This document shows, piece by piece, positions 10,708 to 21,103 of a DNA stretch of 64,000 bases; the stretch's first letter is position 1; every line of letters starts with the position of its first letter. The notes below the pieces were generated by a model. That model searched no databases, was not told the origin of the DNA, and worked only from the letters and a program-made list of their open reading frames with translations. The stretch is from an uncultured Phycisphaerales bacterium (GTDB lineage: Bacteria > Planctomycetota > Phycisphaerae > Tepidisphaerales > Tepidisphaeraceae), in NCBI GenBank assembly GCA_963758525.1, contig CAVWVQ010000003.1:3488001-3552000 (forward strand), read 5' to 3'. The position numbers and the translations under genes were made by a program.

Positions 10708-12555
10708 TTACCAGTGACGCTGTTGAATGCGCGCTTGAACATCGGCCAACCCCGACCGGGCTCTGTCCAGTTTCGGATCCAAGGCGAGTGATCGCTGGTA
10801 GTGAGCCACCGCGCCATGCAAATCTCCTCGTGCGGCGAGCAACCCGGCGAGGCTGCATTCCGCTGAAGCCGACGTTGGATCCAACTGAATGCTCTTTTCG
10901 AGTTCCATGGTTGCGCCGGCATAATCATGCGCCGCTGCCGACGCGACCGCGAGGTTATTGTGCGCCTCCGCGTCATTCGGATTGGCCGACAGGTAAAGCT
11001 TGTAGTGCTCCGCAGCCTCATTGAAGCGGTTGTCCTGGAGCAGCAGGTTTCCCAATTTTCCATGCACACGCGGATTGTTGGAATCGACTTGCAATTCCAT
11101 GTCGTAGTATTGCAAAGCCTTCTCAAATTCCCCATTCTTTGCCAGGATATCGCCCAGCGCCTCCTTGACCCCGCGTTTTGTCGGGTGCCATTCCAACTCC
11201 TGGCGGAAATGCGCTTCGGCCCCTTCGTAGTCCTGCTGCTTCGCCAAGGCGTCGGCGATGTGGCCCTGCGCGACCCAGTTTTTGTCGACGGCATTGTCCG
11301 CGTGGAGAAACAACGAGTAGTCGTCGTGCCAGTAGCTGATCTGTCCTACCGTCATCGCCGCAAGAACGACAAGAATGCCGCCGGCTGCTAGTGCCAGCTG
11401 GCGTTCGTTGAGTGACCGCCGCCGCGCCAGTTCTTCCCCCATCCAACAGATTGCGATTGATATGCCAATTGAAGGAAGGTAGGTGTATCGATCGCCAATC
11501 GACTGCGAGCCGACTTGCACGAGCCCGATGGCAGGGACGAGCATGCCGCAGAACCAGAGCCAGCCGACGATCAGGAATGGACGGCGCCGGGTCTGCCAGA
11601 CCGCAATTGCAGTGACCACCGTGAGCAAAATGCCCGAGCTGGCGATTCCCCACACCGGCCACCGGGAAGGCAGCGGGTAGAACACCGCCAGATTGATCGG
11701 CAGGAAAATCTCTCTCAAGTAGCGCGCATACGAGACGCAGGCGTTGGCGATGCGCAGCGGGAATGCAAAACCTTCTTCCATTACCGCGCCGCCCGTTTTC
11801 TGAGCCTCGTAAGTCACGATGCTGGAGGCAATGGCCATGACCAGAAACGGAATTTTTTCCAGGCAGAGAACGAGAATTCGGGGCCTCGTCAGTTTTGACC
11901 AGCGTCGCAGAGGCCAGAAGTCCAGGAGGACCAGCAGACATGGCAAGGTGACGATCATCGGCTTGGCCATCAGCCCCAGGGCATAAAAGGCGATCGCCGC
12001 CGCAAGCCGTGGAGCACGCGACCTGCGGGCGTAGCGCACGTAACAGAGTAATGTCAGAAAGAAGAAAAACGCGCAGAGAACATCCTTCCGCTCCGCCGCC
12101 CATGCCACCGATTCCACTCGCAGCGGATGCCAGGCGAACAACGCCGCGCATATCGCGCTCGGCCAGCGCTGGTCGGTTGCGCCGAGAAGAAAGAAAAATA
12201 GCAGCATTGCGTTGGCGGCATGGAAGAGCGCGCTTACGAAGTGTGGGCCGGCTGGACGACCCGCGAACAGCTGACAGTCGAATTGGTGCGAGAGCCAGGT
12301 AAGGGGATGCCAATTGCATTGCCAAAACGTAGTGAAAGCCCAGATAGAATTGCCGGCGGTAAGACCGGTTAAAACGTGCGGATTGTCCGTGATGTAGCCG
12401 GGATCGTCGAAATTGATGAAGTCGTTGCGGAGGCTTGGAAGGTACAAGAGCAGCGTGCAGAGGAACAAGCCTGCCGCGATCCAATGGGTCTTGATCGCGA
12501 GCGTAACTCGGGTCTGTTCCAGCGGCCGGGTTAATGGCGCGGCGTTGGGGGCCAT
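10708..12555 (-). CDS. TMTC-like membrane protein with TPRs, paralog 2
   Basis: FINFDD, HPLRVESVAWAAERKDVL, GDRYTYLP, TPRs. Start taken at MAPNAAP; the longer upstream ORF extension overlaps the divergent paralog 3. Confidence 0.85.
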   Translation of the reverse strand: MAPNAAPLTRPLEQTRVTLAIKTHWIAAGLFLCTLLLYLPSLRNDFINFDDPGYITDNPHVLTGLTAGNSIWAFTTFWQCNWHPLTWLSHQFDCQLFAGRPAGPHFVSALFHAANAMLLFFFLLGATDQRWPSAICAALFAWHPLRVESVAWAAERKDVLCAFFFFLTLLCYVRYARRSRAPRLAAAIAFYALGLMAKPMIVTLPCLLVLLDFWPLRRWSKLTRPRILVLCLEKIPFLVMAIASSIVTYEAQKTGGAVMEEGFAFPLRIANACVSYARYLREIFLPINLAVFYPLPSRWPVWGIASSGILLTVVTAIAVWQTRRRPFLIVGWLWFCGMLVPAIGLVQVGSQSIGDRYTYLPSIGISIAICWMGEELARRRSLNERQLALAAGGILVVLAAMTVGQISYWHDDYSLFLHADNAVDKNWVAQGHIADALAKQQDYEGAEAHFRQELEWHPTKRGVKEALGDILAKNGEFEKALQYYDMELQVDSNNPRVHGKLGNLLLQDNRFNEAAEHYKLYLSANPNDAEAHNNLAVASAAAHDYAGATMELEKSIQLDPTSASAECSLAGLLAARGDLHGAVAHYQRSLALDPKLDRARSGLADVQARIQQRHW

Positions 12556-12651
12556 GTTGACGGCATCATGATACTGCCGGCCGGGTTGAGTGTCTCGGAC
12601 AAGGTCACGTCGAGCTTGACAGAACCGGTGGCTTGGTTCGAATGGCACGGT

Positions 12652-14517
12652 ATGGATCTCAGTCTCGCGACTGTGAATCGCGCAAGCGCCGGGGGGCGAC
12701 GAGCGGAGTTGCGCGCAGCCGGCATTGCGCTGCTCGCGCTGGCGCTGGCGATCCTCTGCGTATTCGGGCGGGCGACCCGCGCCGGGTTTGTCAGTTGGGA
12801 CGACCAGATTCACGTCTCGCATAACCCGGATTTGAATCCGCCGACGACGGAGTCGATCGCGAAATATTGGCGCGGGCCGCAGTTGGGCTTGTATATTCCG
12901 GTGATCTACACCGTCTGGGCCGGGCTGGCGTGGCTGGCGCGCTTGCCTATTGCGGATGCGGGCGGCATCACGCTCGATCCTTCGGTTTTCCATACCGCAA
13001 ATTTGATCGGTCACGGGCTGGCGAGCTTCCTCTGCTGGCAAATTCTTCGACGTCTGATTCCTGTCTCCAAGGCCCGCGACTGGGCGGCAGGCGCGGGAGC
13101 GATTCTCTTTGCACTGCATCCGCTGCAGGCCGAGCCGGTGGCTTGGGTGACCGGATTCAAGGACGTGCTCAGCGGCGTGTTTGCGTTTGGCGCGCTGCTG
13201 CTCTACGTCGTCGGACTGGAGAAGGAGCACGCGGGTGATCGCGCGTTTCAAGGGATCTGGTTTGCCCTGGCAACATCCGTCTACGCAGTAGCGCTGCTTT
13301 CCAAGCCTTCAACAACGTCTGTTCCGCTCATGGCGATCGTGATTGATCGCATGATTTTCCACCGGCCGTGGAAACGCAGCCTGCCTCTGATCGCTCTCTG
13401 GACGGCAATGGCGATAGTCCCTCTGCTCCTTACCCGCGGGGCGCAATTGTCGCTCATGATCTTTCGCCCGCAGGTGGAGTTGCGGCCGTTCGTAGCGCTG
13501 GACGCCATCGGATTTTACCTCGCGAAGTTGTTTCTGCCGCTTGGCTTGGGCGTGGATCAGGGGCGTTCGCCGATGACGCTGCTGCAACATGGAACGCTCC
13601 GGTGGAGTTGGATCCCAGCGGCATTGTTCTGCTGCGCGATCTGGCTCGGTCGAAAGCGATGGCCGGGGTTGATCGCGCCATCGCTGATCTTCCTGGCGGG
13701 GCTTGCCCCGGTGCTTGGCTTTTCGCCGTTCATCTTTCAGGATATCTCGACGGTCGCGGATCGATTCGCCTACCTCGCCATGCTTGGACCGGCGCTGTTG
13801 TTGGCGCAGATCGTCGCGGCATTTCCGAGGGAGATCACTTGGGTCGTCACAGGGACGGCGATTTTGCTGCTCGCGAGCCTCAGCTTCGTCCAAACGGGAT
13901 ATTGGCGCGACGATCTGAGCTTGATGACCCATTCCCTGCAAGTAGCGCCCCAGGTCGAACCTGTCACTGAGATGCTCGCCGCCGCGGTTTCAAGGGAAGG
14001 CGCTCTCGATCGCGGAGACACGCTGTACCGTCAGGCGCTTTCAATGAAGTGGGACGATGCGGCGGCGCTCATCGGTTTGGGAAGCAACATGCACAAGCAG
14101 CATCGCCTGCCCGAGGCGGCGCGATGCCTGCAAGAGGCGATCATCATCGAGCCGGGAAATGCTGACGCAAGATTCAACTACGGTAACGTGCTTCTTGCGG
14201 CGCGCGAGCCCGGCAGGGCTGTCGGGCAATATGAAATCGCGCTGCAGAGCCAACCGCGCAGCGTTCCGGTGCTGGTCAATCTTGGCGCCGCGTTGGCGAT
14301 GGCCGGAAGCTGGCAGCAAAGTGAAGCTATGTTCCGCAGGGCGCTCGAGGCGGCCCCCGCGAGCGCCAAAGCGCATTTCGGCTTGGGCCGCGTGCTCGAA
14401 CAGCGGGGTGATTTAGCCGCCGCGCTGGCAGAATATGAAGCCGCGCTGGAGCAGAATCCGCAGCTCGCGCAGGCGCAAAACGGGCGGACTCGGGTCGTTG
14501 CAATGATGCAGCGATGA
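12652..14517 (+). CDS. TMTC-like membrane protein with TPRs, paralog 3
   Basis: FVSWDD, HPLQAEPVAWVTGFKDVL, LSKP, VADRFAYL, TPRs. Confidence 0.85.
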   Translation: MDLSLATVNRASAGGRRAELRAAGIALLALALAILCVFGRATRAGFVSWDDQIHVSHNPDLNPPTTESIAKYWRGPQLGLYIPVIYTVWAGLAWLARLPIADAGGITLDPSVFHTANLIGHGLASFLCWQILRRLIPVSKARDWAAGAGAILFALHPLQAEPVAWVTGFKDVLSGVFAFGALLLYVVGLEKEHAGDRAFQGIWFALATSVYAVALLSKPSTTSVPLMAIVIDRMIFHRPWKRSLPLIALWTAMAIVPLLLTRGAQLSLMIFRPQVELRPFVALDAIGFYLAKLFLPLGLGVDQGRSPMTLLQHGTLRWSWIPAALFCCAIWLGRKRWPGLIAPSLIFLAGLAPVLGFSPFIFQDISTVADRFAYLAMLGPALLLAQIVAAFPREITWVVTGTAILLLASLSFVQTGYWRDDLSLMTHSLQVAPQVEPVTEMLAAAVSREGALDRGDTLYRQALSMKWDDAAALIGLGSNMHKQHRLPEAARCLQEAIIIEPGNADARFNYGNVLLAAREPGRAVGQYEIALQSQPRSVPVLVNLGAALAMAGSWQQSEAMFRRALEAAPASAKAHFGLGRVLEQRGDLAAALAEYEAALEQNPQLAQAQNGRTRVVAMMQR

Positions 14518-14591
14518 AGCGGCGTTCTTGGCCGGCTTACAAGCCGAAGGCCCTTTACCTTCTGCCGACGCGGGTTAAGCTGCTTTTCACC

Positions 14592-15128
14592 ATGCACGCC
14601 AAGCCGCAGAAGATCGGCGTCTTTCCCGGGCAGTTCGATCCGATCACCAATGGACACGTGGATGTGATTCGGCGGGGGGTCATCCTTTTTGACCATCTGA
14701 TCGTCGGCGTCGGGGTGAATCCCGGCAAGCACGAACTCTTCACGCTCGACGAGCGCGTGAGGATGATTCGCACCATCGTGTCGGACATTCCCGGCGTTAC
14801 AGTCGAAAAATATCGCGGGCTCACCGTCGACTTCGTGAGAGCCGCAAAGGCCACGGCGATGCTGCGCGGCATCCGCGACGTGTCGGACCTTCGCTATGAA
14901 TTTCAGCTTGCGATGGCGAATCGCACTGTCGGCGGCGTGGAAACCGTGTTTATCATGGCCGGCGATCAGTACGCGTTGACCAGCAGCAGCCTCATTCGGC
15001 AGGTTGTCGCGTTGGGAGGTGATGTGCGCAAGCTGGCGTCCGTCGTGCCGGCGCTGGTTGTCGAGAAGATGCAGGAAAAGCAAAAGAAATTCGCCGCCCA
15101 CTGGGCCGCCGATGCGCCGGCAGAGTGA
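14592..15128 (+). CDS. coaD: Phosphopantetheine adenylyltransferase
   Basis: FPGQFDPITNGHVDVI, RGIRDVSDLRYE and SSSLIRQ. Confidence 0.96.
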   Translation: MHAKPQKIGVFPGQFDPITNGHVDVIRRGVILFDHLIVGVGVNPGKHELFTLDERVRMIRTIVSDIPGVTVEKYRGLTVDFVRAAKATAMLRGIRDVSDLRYEFQLAMANRTVGGVETVFIMAGDQYALTSSSLIRQVVALGGDVRKLASVVPALVVEKMQEKQKKFAAHWAADAPAE

Positions 15129-15186
15129 TAGCACGCCAGAGGCGTAGGGGCCGCCCCGACAAGCCTGTTGCGCCCGGATTAATACC

Positions 15187-15214
15187 TTGACATGCCTCCC
15201 GGCGCAGTTAGGAT
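15187..15214 (+). promoter_or_regulatory. Putative sigma70 promoter about 300 nt upstream of the pilin-like gene
   Basis: TTGACA-N16-TAGGAT. Confidence 0.6.
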
Positions 15215-15517
15215 TGCTTGGAGAAATCGAGGCTGAGAACGCTCTGCTCCGGCGGATGACGAGGAACGGAGCGCTTACTGCGTTTTTGCCTGGGTTCGGA
15301 TTATGCTCTTGAGGGTTCCCTCCCAATTAAGGTATGTTGCGCCGGCGGTGTTCGCCGGCGCTTATTTCCCCTGCTTCAAACTTGTACCTTTTTCTACACA
15401 CCGGTAGCCGGTTCCGTTGAAAGCGGATCTGTGCATGGCACTCATTTTAATTCTATCTGTCACCGGTTTGCGGAATGCACGTCCAAGCGAGAAGCGCTTT
15501 CTGAAAGGAGCTTCTTT

Positions 15518-16462
15518 ATGAAGAAGCTGCGTAATGTACAGAAGAGTTCCGAGGGCTTTACGCTCGTGGAACTGTTGGTCGTGATCGGGATTATCGCACT
15601 CCTGATTTCGATTCTGCTGCCGGCGTTGAATCGCGCCCGTGAGCAGGCCAACAGAGTCAAGTGCGCCAGCAACCTCAAGCAGATGGGCTTGGCGATGCAG
15701 ATGTACTCCAACGCCGAGAAGACGGGCGGGTTCCCTCGCACGTATTACTCGACCGGCGCAGGAGTCATCGTCACCAACCAGGGTTACGTTGACAACGGCA
15801 CCACCTCGGTGAACAGCTTCAACGGCACTCTTACCGGGATCAACAACGTCGGCGCGAGCTTCTTCCTGCTCCTCAAGACTCAGGATCTGACGCCGGAAGT
15901 GTTCATCTGCCCGAGCAGCAACGGCACCCGCGGGTTCCAGACCTTCTCGGTCCAGAACAGCAACAACTTTGGCGGTTGGGGTCCGGCTTCCTCGGCGAAC
16001 GTCACGGTCGAGACGATTCCCGACGTAACCTATAGCTACTGCGCGGGCTTCCCGCAGGCAGCTGCCTTGTCGGGCGGGTTCAAGTTCAACAACACCCTCA
16101 GCTCCGACTTTCCCCTCGCTGCGGACGTGAACCCCGGCACACAGACCATCAATGGTATTACCGGCGGAAGTCCCTTGACCGTCGCGCCCACGGATGCCCC
16201 TGCGGCGTCGGCCGGCCCGCACGGTCAGGCGTTCGGCAACACCATCAATCACAAGAATCAGGGCCAGAACGTCCTGTACGGCGACGGTCACGTGGAGTTC
16301 CAGACCACCTGCTGGGTTGGAAGCTATCGCAACACCGGATCGGCGACCGTTCGAGACAACATCTACACCAGCGGCACAGATATTGCTGCGGGTGGCGGTC
16401 AGTCCCTCACGGGCGGACCGCTTGATGCGTACGACTCCGTCCTGTTGCCGACCTCGAACTAA
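15518..16462 (+). CDS. Prepilin-type N-terminal cleavage/methylation protein (DUF1559, H-X9-DG C-terminal motif)
   Basis: [49 protein letters not shown]; strong SD GAAAGGAG upstream. Confidence 0.93.
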   Translation: MKKLRNVQKSSEGFTLVELLVVIGIIALLISILLPALNRAREQANRVKCASNLKQMGLAMQMYSNAEKTGGFPRTYYSTGAGVIVTNQGYVDNGTTSVNSFNGTLTGINNVGASFFLLLKTQDLTPEVFICPSSNGTRGFQTFSVQNSNNFGGWGPASSANVTVETIPDVTYSYCAGFPQAAALSGGFKFNNTLSSDFPLAADVNPGTQTINGITGGSPLTVAPTDAPAASAGPHGQAFGNTINHKNQGQNVLYGDGHVEFQTTCWVGSYRNTGSATVRDNIYTSGTDIAAGGGQSLTGGPLDAYDSVLLPTSN

Positions 16463-16694
16463 CCTGGTCCTTCAGCCGGACGGGACTTGCGGTTGCGGAA
16501 ACGCGGCTGCGAGCGTCGTGCGGTGAAGTTCGGTGAAGTTTCGAGATTCGATACCACACCCTGCGATCTGACGATGGATTCACATCGTCGGTCGCAGGGT
16601 GGTTTTGATGAATCGCAAAGTCCAGTTGGTCGATTTGCCTTTTGCCCGCCGAATTTAATGGGAATCCTTCCCGCCCGGCGATAAGCTTGCTGCC

Positions 16695-17171
16695 ATGGAA
16701 GAAGTGCTTCCGCCGCAGACGCAGGAAGGGGCCGGGTTCGAGCTCACTCGAATTCGGCAATTCACTGTCTTTCTCGAAAATCGGGTGGGGCGTTTGCGAG
16801 GGATGCTCGAAGCGTTGGAAGAAAATGCGTGCAAGATCGTGGCCCTCTCGATCGAGGAATCCGCGGACTCGGCCCTGGTTCGTGTGATCTGCTCCGCGCC
16901 TGAAAACGGACGCCAGCAGTTGCAGATCGCGGGATTCAGCTTTAGCGAGTCGGAGATTCTGGCTGTCGAGCTGCCACGCCGGAATCGGCACCCCTGGATT
17001 GCCATCTGCTCGGCGCTCTTGGCCGCGGAAATCAATATTCACTACGCCTATCCGCTGCTGCTTCCACCGCGCGGACCGGCGATCGCGCTCTACGTCGATG
17101 ATACCACGCTTGCCGCTCAGTTGCTGATTCGCAAAGGCTTTACGCTTGTCGGTGAAAGTGATCTGGTTTAG
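16695..17171 (+). CDS. ACT-domain protein
   Basis: QFTVFLENRVGRL...SADSALVR and EINIHYAYP. Confidence 0.85.
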   Translation: MEEVLPPQTQEGAGFELTRIRQFTVFLENRVGRLRGMLEALEENACKIVALSIEESADSALVRVICSAPENGRQQLQIAGFSFSESEILAVELPRRNRHPWIAICSALLAAEINIHYAYPLLLPPRGPAIALYVDDTTLAAQLLIRKGFTLVGESDLV

Positions 17172-17212
17172 CTCTCCCTTTGATGTCTGCCCGACTGCGA
17201 GCTGAATGCTTA

Positions 17213-19051
17213 ATGGTGCCTGAAGCGCGAAGATTGGCAGACGCTCCGAACATTCACGGCAGTAAGATCGCTGGACTGGTCATCGCAGCGGTGATCGCGC
17301 TTACTCTGTGGCCCCTTTGCATTTGCGAATTTACCAGTTGGGACGACAGCTATACCGTTTCTCAAAATCCAACCCTGAACCCGCCGGCAGCAGACAGTTT
17401 CAAGACATGGTGGACGCGGCCGGTACTGGACATGTGGGACCCGCTCACCTACCTGGTCAACGGCGCGTTGGCCGAAGTCGCGACCGTGACGCCCGATCCG
17501 GTCACCGGCGTCCGCCTGAATCCGTATGTTTTTCACACCGCCAATGTGCTGTTGCACGTCGGGAGCGCGCTGCTTGTCTTTCTGATCCTCCGTCAACTCG
17601 GATTCAGCGTGCCGTCGTCATGTGCCGCCGCACTGGTCTTCGGCATACATCCGGTTCAGGTCGAAGCGGTGGGTTGGGTTTCCGGCCTCAAGGACGTGCT
17701 GTACGGCTTCCTGTCATTAGCCGCTCTTCAGCAGTATCTGCTCCCCGCGCGCTCGCGTTTTTGGACAGCAACAGCGCTGTTCGTGATGGCGACATTGTCA
17801 AAGCCGACTGCGATCGTCGTGCCGGTCATCGTCCTCATCATTGTCCGCTTCAGAGACGGCCGCGCTGCGAGGCGGGCGTGGCTGCAAATGTCGCTGTGGG
17901 CGCTCCTCAGCCTCCCTTGCATCGTTATCACGAAGCTAGTGCAACCGGCGGCCCGCGTCGCTCCCATTGCCCTCTGGAAGCGGTTGCTCGTCGCACTGGA
18001 CGCACTGGCATTCTACCTGTGGAAGCTTCTCTGGCCGGCCTCACTAGGAGTCGACTACGGCCGCAGTCCCAGCTCGGCAATCAGCCACGGCTGGATCTAC
18101 TGGACATGGATCGTGCCCGCGGGGATCGCCGTCGTCCTATGCATCGCGCGTCCGCGACCGCGCGGTTTAATCGCTGGCGCGGCTATCTTCGTAGCGGGAT
18201 TGTCGCCAGTGCTCGGCCTGGTTCCGTTCGACTTTCAAGGCATCTCCACGGTGACGGACCATTATCTCTATCTGCCGATGCTTGGCGTGGCTCTTTCCAT
18301 CGCCTGGTCGCTTGACGAGGCGCAGCGCTTGATCGCGGCGAAAGGAGGTGCTCCGCAAGTTAATGGAAAATACTCTGTTCGATTGGCACTGCCGGTCACG
18401 GTCATCTTGCTTTTCCTTGCGGTTCGAAGCTGGTTCCAAACCTGGATCTGGCACGACACGCGCACACTCTTTGCGCACGCCTTGGAAGTCAATCCCGCTT
18501 CGGACGTCGCGGATAACAGTCTGGCTTCGATGTACCTGGCCTCCGGCGACCTGGAGGCCGCTCACCGCTACGCGATGCAGGCGGTGAAGGCCGCGCCCGA
18601 AAAGCCGGAAGGACGTCTGACCCTGACCGCCATCATAGCCGCCGAGGGGCACTTGGAACTGGCAGCCAAGCTCTACCGCGCAATTCTGGAGGACAACCCT
18701 CGTGAGGCAATGGCCGCAAGCGAGCTTTCCTCAGTGCTTGCTCAACAAGGTCATTTCGACGAGGCGATTTCGTTCGCCCGACGTGCCATTGCGATAGACC
18801 CAAATATCGTTGACGGGCACACAAATCTGGGCGCGGAGCTCGGAAACGAGCGGAAGTTTCCTGAAGCGGTCGAGGAACTGCAACGCGCGTTGCAGCTCAG
18901 CCCGCGATCGTTTCTGGCGCACTTGAACCTCGCGTCCGTGTACGCGGCGATGGGCGAGCGTGAAAAATCCGCCGAGCAGTATCAGGCCGCATTGGACCTC
19001 AATCCGCAGTCCGAGGCTGCGCGTCGCGGCCTGGAAGGCGTGCGTAATTGA
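17213..19051 (+). CDS. TMTC-like membrane protein with TPRs, paralog 4
   Basis: FTSWDD, HPVQVEAVGWVSGLKDVL, LSKPTA, TDHYLYLP, TPRs; start uncertain (17180-17213). Confidence 0.85.
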   Translation: MVPEARRLADAPNIHGSKIAGLVIAAVIALTLWPLCICEFTSWDDSYTVSQNPTLNPPAADSFKTWWTRPVLDMWDPLTYLVNGALAEVATVTPDPVTGVRLNPYVFHTANVLLHVGSALLVFLILRQLGFSVPSSCAAALVFGIHPVQVEAVGWVSGLKDVLYGFLSLAALQQYLLPARSRFWTATALFVMATLSKPTAIVVPVIVLIIVRFRDGRAARRAWLQMSLWALLSLPCIVITKLVQPAARVAPIALWKRLLVALDALAFYLWKLLWPASLGVDYGRSPSSAISHGWIYWTWIVPAGIAVVLCIARPRPRGLIAGAAIFVAGLSPVLGLVPFDFQGISTVTDHYLYLPMLGVALSIAWSLDEAQRLIAAKGGAPQVNGKYSVRLALPVTVILLFLAVRSWFQTWIWHDTRTLFAHALEVNPASDVADNSLASMYLASGDLEAAHRYAMQAVKAAPEKPEGRLTLTAIIAAEGHLELAAKLYRAILEDNPREAMAASELSSVLAQQGHFDEAISFARRAIAIDPNIVDGHTNLGAELGNERKFPEAVEELQRALQLSPRSFLAHLNLASVYAAMGEREKSAEQYQAALDLNPQSEAARRGLEGVRN

Positions 19052-19105
19052 AGATGATCGCAGGCCCAGCAAGGCGAGAAGTTTCTTCGGATCGGTCGAA
19101 TCAAT

Positions 19106-21073
19106 TCACCGCGGTCGTTCCGGCAGATCCCGCAACGCTGTGATCCGTTTGAGCCCCGCGATCGCGGCGGGGGCATCCGGCTGGATCGCGAGCGCCTGAC
19201 GATAGTGGAATTCGGCTTCGTCCAAATGGCCGCTGAGCGCGAGAACTGCCGCGAGACTGCATTGAGTCGTCACTTCTGACGGTTTGAGTCGGGCAGCCTC
19301 GCGCAGCTCTCGTATAGCGGCGGCGCGGTCTCCGGTTTCCGCAAGCGCAGTTCCGAGATTGAGGTGAGCGATCCAGGATTCGGGACGGAATTGAACAGCG
19401 AGCCGACCGTACCAAATCGCCAGATCATTTTGATGCGCGCTGCCGTAATTGGACGCGATGCGAACCGCTTCATCGCTGACCTTCGCGGGGTCCACCGCAT
19501 GACCGGCACGATACGCTTCCGCCGCCCGGTCCCAATGTCCCAGCTTTACTTCAGCGTCGCCCAGAGACATGTAAGCTTCGCTCCACTCGGGGCGTGCAGC
19601 AATGGCACGATGAAGGAGTGCGATTTCGGTATGAACATCCCCCATGTTGTCGTAACAGAAGGCGAGATTGTTCAGCGCGACGGGACTGACCGGGTTCACC
19701 GCCACAGCGTGAAAAAGCAACGCCATCGAATCCTGCCAGTAGCCCGTTTGGTGCCAGCTGATTCCTGCAAGCACGGCCAGAAGCATGCTGGCGGCTATCG
19801 CTCCGGCCCGATTCGCCCGCTGCACGACCCAGGCAAAGCAAATTGCCGCACCGAGCATCGAAAGATAAAGATATCGATCCGCGACCGATGAGTATGTCTG
19901 GAAATCGAACTGCAGCAGTCCAAGGACGGGCAGAAGCGGCACGGTAAACACTACCGCCGCCACGCACAGGACGCGGGCGCGCGCGCGGAAGAGCACTAAC
20001 GCCACCGCGAGGGAAGCCGGAAGGATCCAGGTCCAGTATGCCCACGCGTTTTGAAAGATCAGCGCGGGGCGTCTGCCGTAGTCGATGGCGAGCGTGGCGG
20101 GCCAAACCAGTTTATAGAGATAAAATGCCAGCGTATCCGCCGCGATAAACGGGCGTTGCCAAAAGTCCACGTGGTGGCGCTCCGTTGCTCCCGATTGCAG
20201 AAGCTTGGTCACGATCATCATGGGCATCCCCAGTACGATCCAAACGCCCATCTGCAACCATATTTTTCTGGGAATCGGCGACCGGCGCAGCCATATCAGC
20301 GGCAACGCGATCAGCGGCAAGATCACTCCGGTTGGCTTCGAAAGGGTTGCTAGCACAAAGAGGACGCTGGCAAGCACGAACTGCGCATTCGATTTCCACG
20401 GTTCCGCCACCGACCCTTTCGGCTGGTCGTCGACCGAAAATCCATCGGCGCGCAACAGCGCCCAGATCGCGGCCACGGAGAGAAATCCGCAGAGAATATC
20501 CTTCAAAGCGGTTGCCCATGCCACAGGTTCAACCTGCACGGGGTGCAGACCGAAGAGCAACGCGCCGCAGCATGCCGGCCAACGGTCCAAACGCAGCAGC
20601 AGCAGCACTCTGTACACCATCAGCGTCGTTAGAACGTGGAGCAAAACATTGTTGGCATGGAAGATATACGGGTTGAGTTGCGTGCGGGTGATGGGATCGA
20701 CCGTGCTTGTCGTCGCAAGCGCGAGCAGCCCCCGCCAAGTTTCCGTGAGCGGATTCCACATCCGCATATCCGCGCTCGTCCACCAGACCCTCAGGCTGTG
20801 GAGTGTGGGTGGCAGGAGTGTGCGATTGCGGTAAATCAGCATGTCGTCGTCCCACATGACGAAATCCGCTGTGAATGCCCGTGAGAATGTGAGGAGGGTG
20901 ATCGCGACGATCAGGAGAAACGGACCCCGTCTGTTCCAGCGACCCGCAGCGTCGCCCCCACTGTCAGCGGGCAAAGTGGAAGTTTTGCGGTCTTCGTTCT
21001 TCAGAGTAAGCCCGCGACTGATAGCCGCCCGTGATTGTAACGCTTCTCCAACAGCCTCCGAATCGTACAGCAT
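19106..21073 (-). CDS. TMTC-like membrane protein with TPRs, paralog 5
   Basis: FVMWDDD, HPVQVEPVAWATALKDIL, LSKP, VADRYLYL, TPRs; start uncertain. Confidence 0.85.
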   Translation of the reverse strand: MLYDSEAVGEALQSRAAISRGLTLKNEDRKTSTLPADSGGDAAGRWNRRGPFLLIVAITLLTFSRAFTADFVMWDDDMLIYRNRTLLPPTLHSLRVWWTSADMRMWNPLTETWRGLLALATTSTVDPITRTQLNPYIFHANNVLLHVLTTLMVYRVLLLLRLDRWPACCGALLFGLHPVQVEPVAWATALKDILCGFLSVAAIWALLRADGFSVDDQPKGSVAEPWKSNAQFVLASVLFVLATLSKPTGVILPLIALPLIWLRRSPIPRKIWLQMGVWIVLGMPMMIVTKLLQSGATERHHVDFWQRPFIAADTLAFYLYKLVWPATLAIDYGRRPALIFQNAWAYWTWILPASLAVALVLFRARARVLCVAAVVFTVPLLPVLGLLQFDFQTYSSVADRYLYLSMLGAAICFAWVVQRANRAGAIAASMLLAVLAGISWHQTGYWQDSMALLFHAVAVNPVSPVALNNLAFCYDNMGDVHTEIALLHRAIAARPEWSEAYMSLGDAEVKLGHWDRAAEAYRAGHAVDPAKVSDEAVRIASNYGSAHQNDLAIWYGRLAVQFRPESWIAHLNLGTALAETGDRAAAIRELREAARLKPSEVTTQCSLAAVLALSGHLDEAEFHYRQALAIQPDAPAAIAGLKRITALRDLPERPR

Positions 21074-21103
21074 TGGGCCGCTCGCGGACCACTTCGCGAT
21101 TGT

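Noticed and set aside
12556..13251. 847 aa version of TMTC-like paralog 2
   Set aside because: The N-terminal extension is the antisense of paralog 3; similarity to paralog 1 begins near MAPNAAP.
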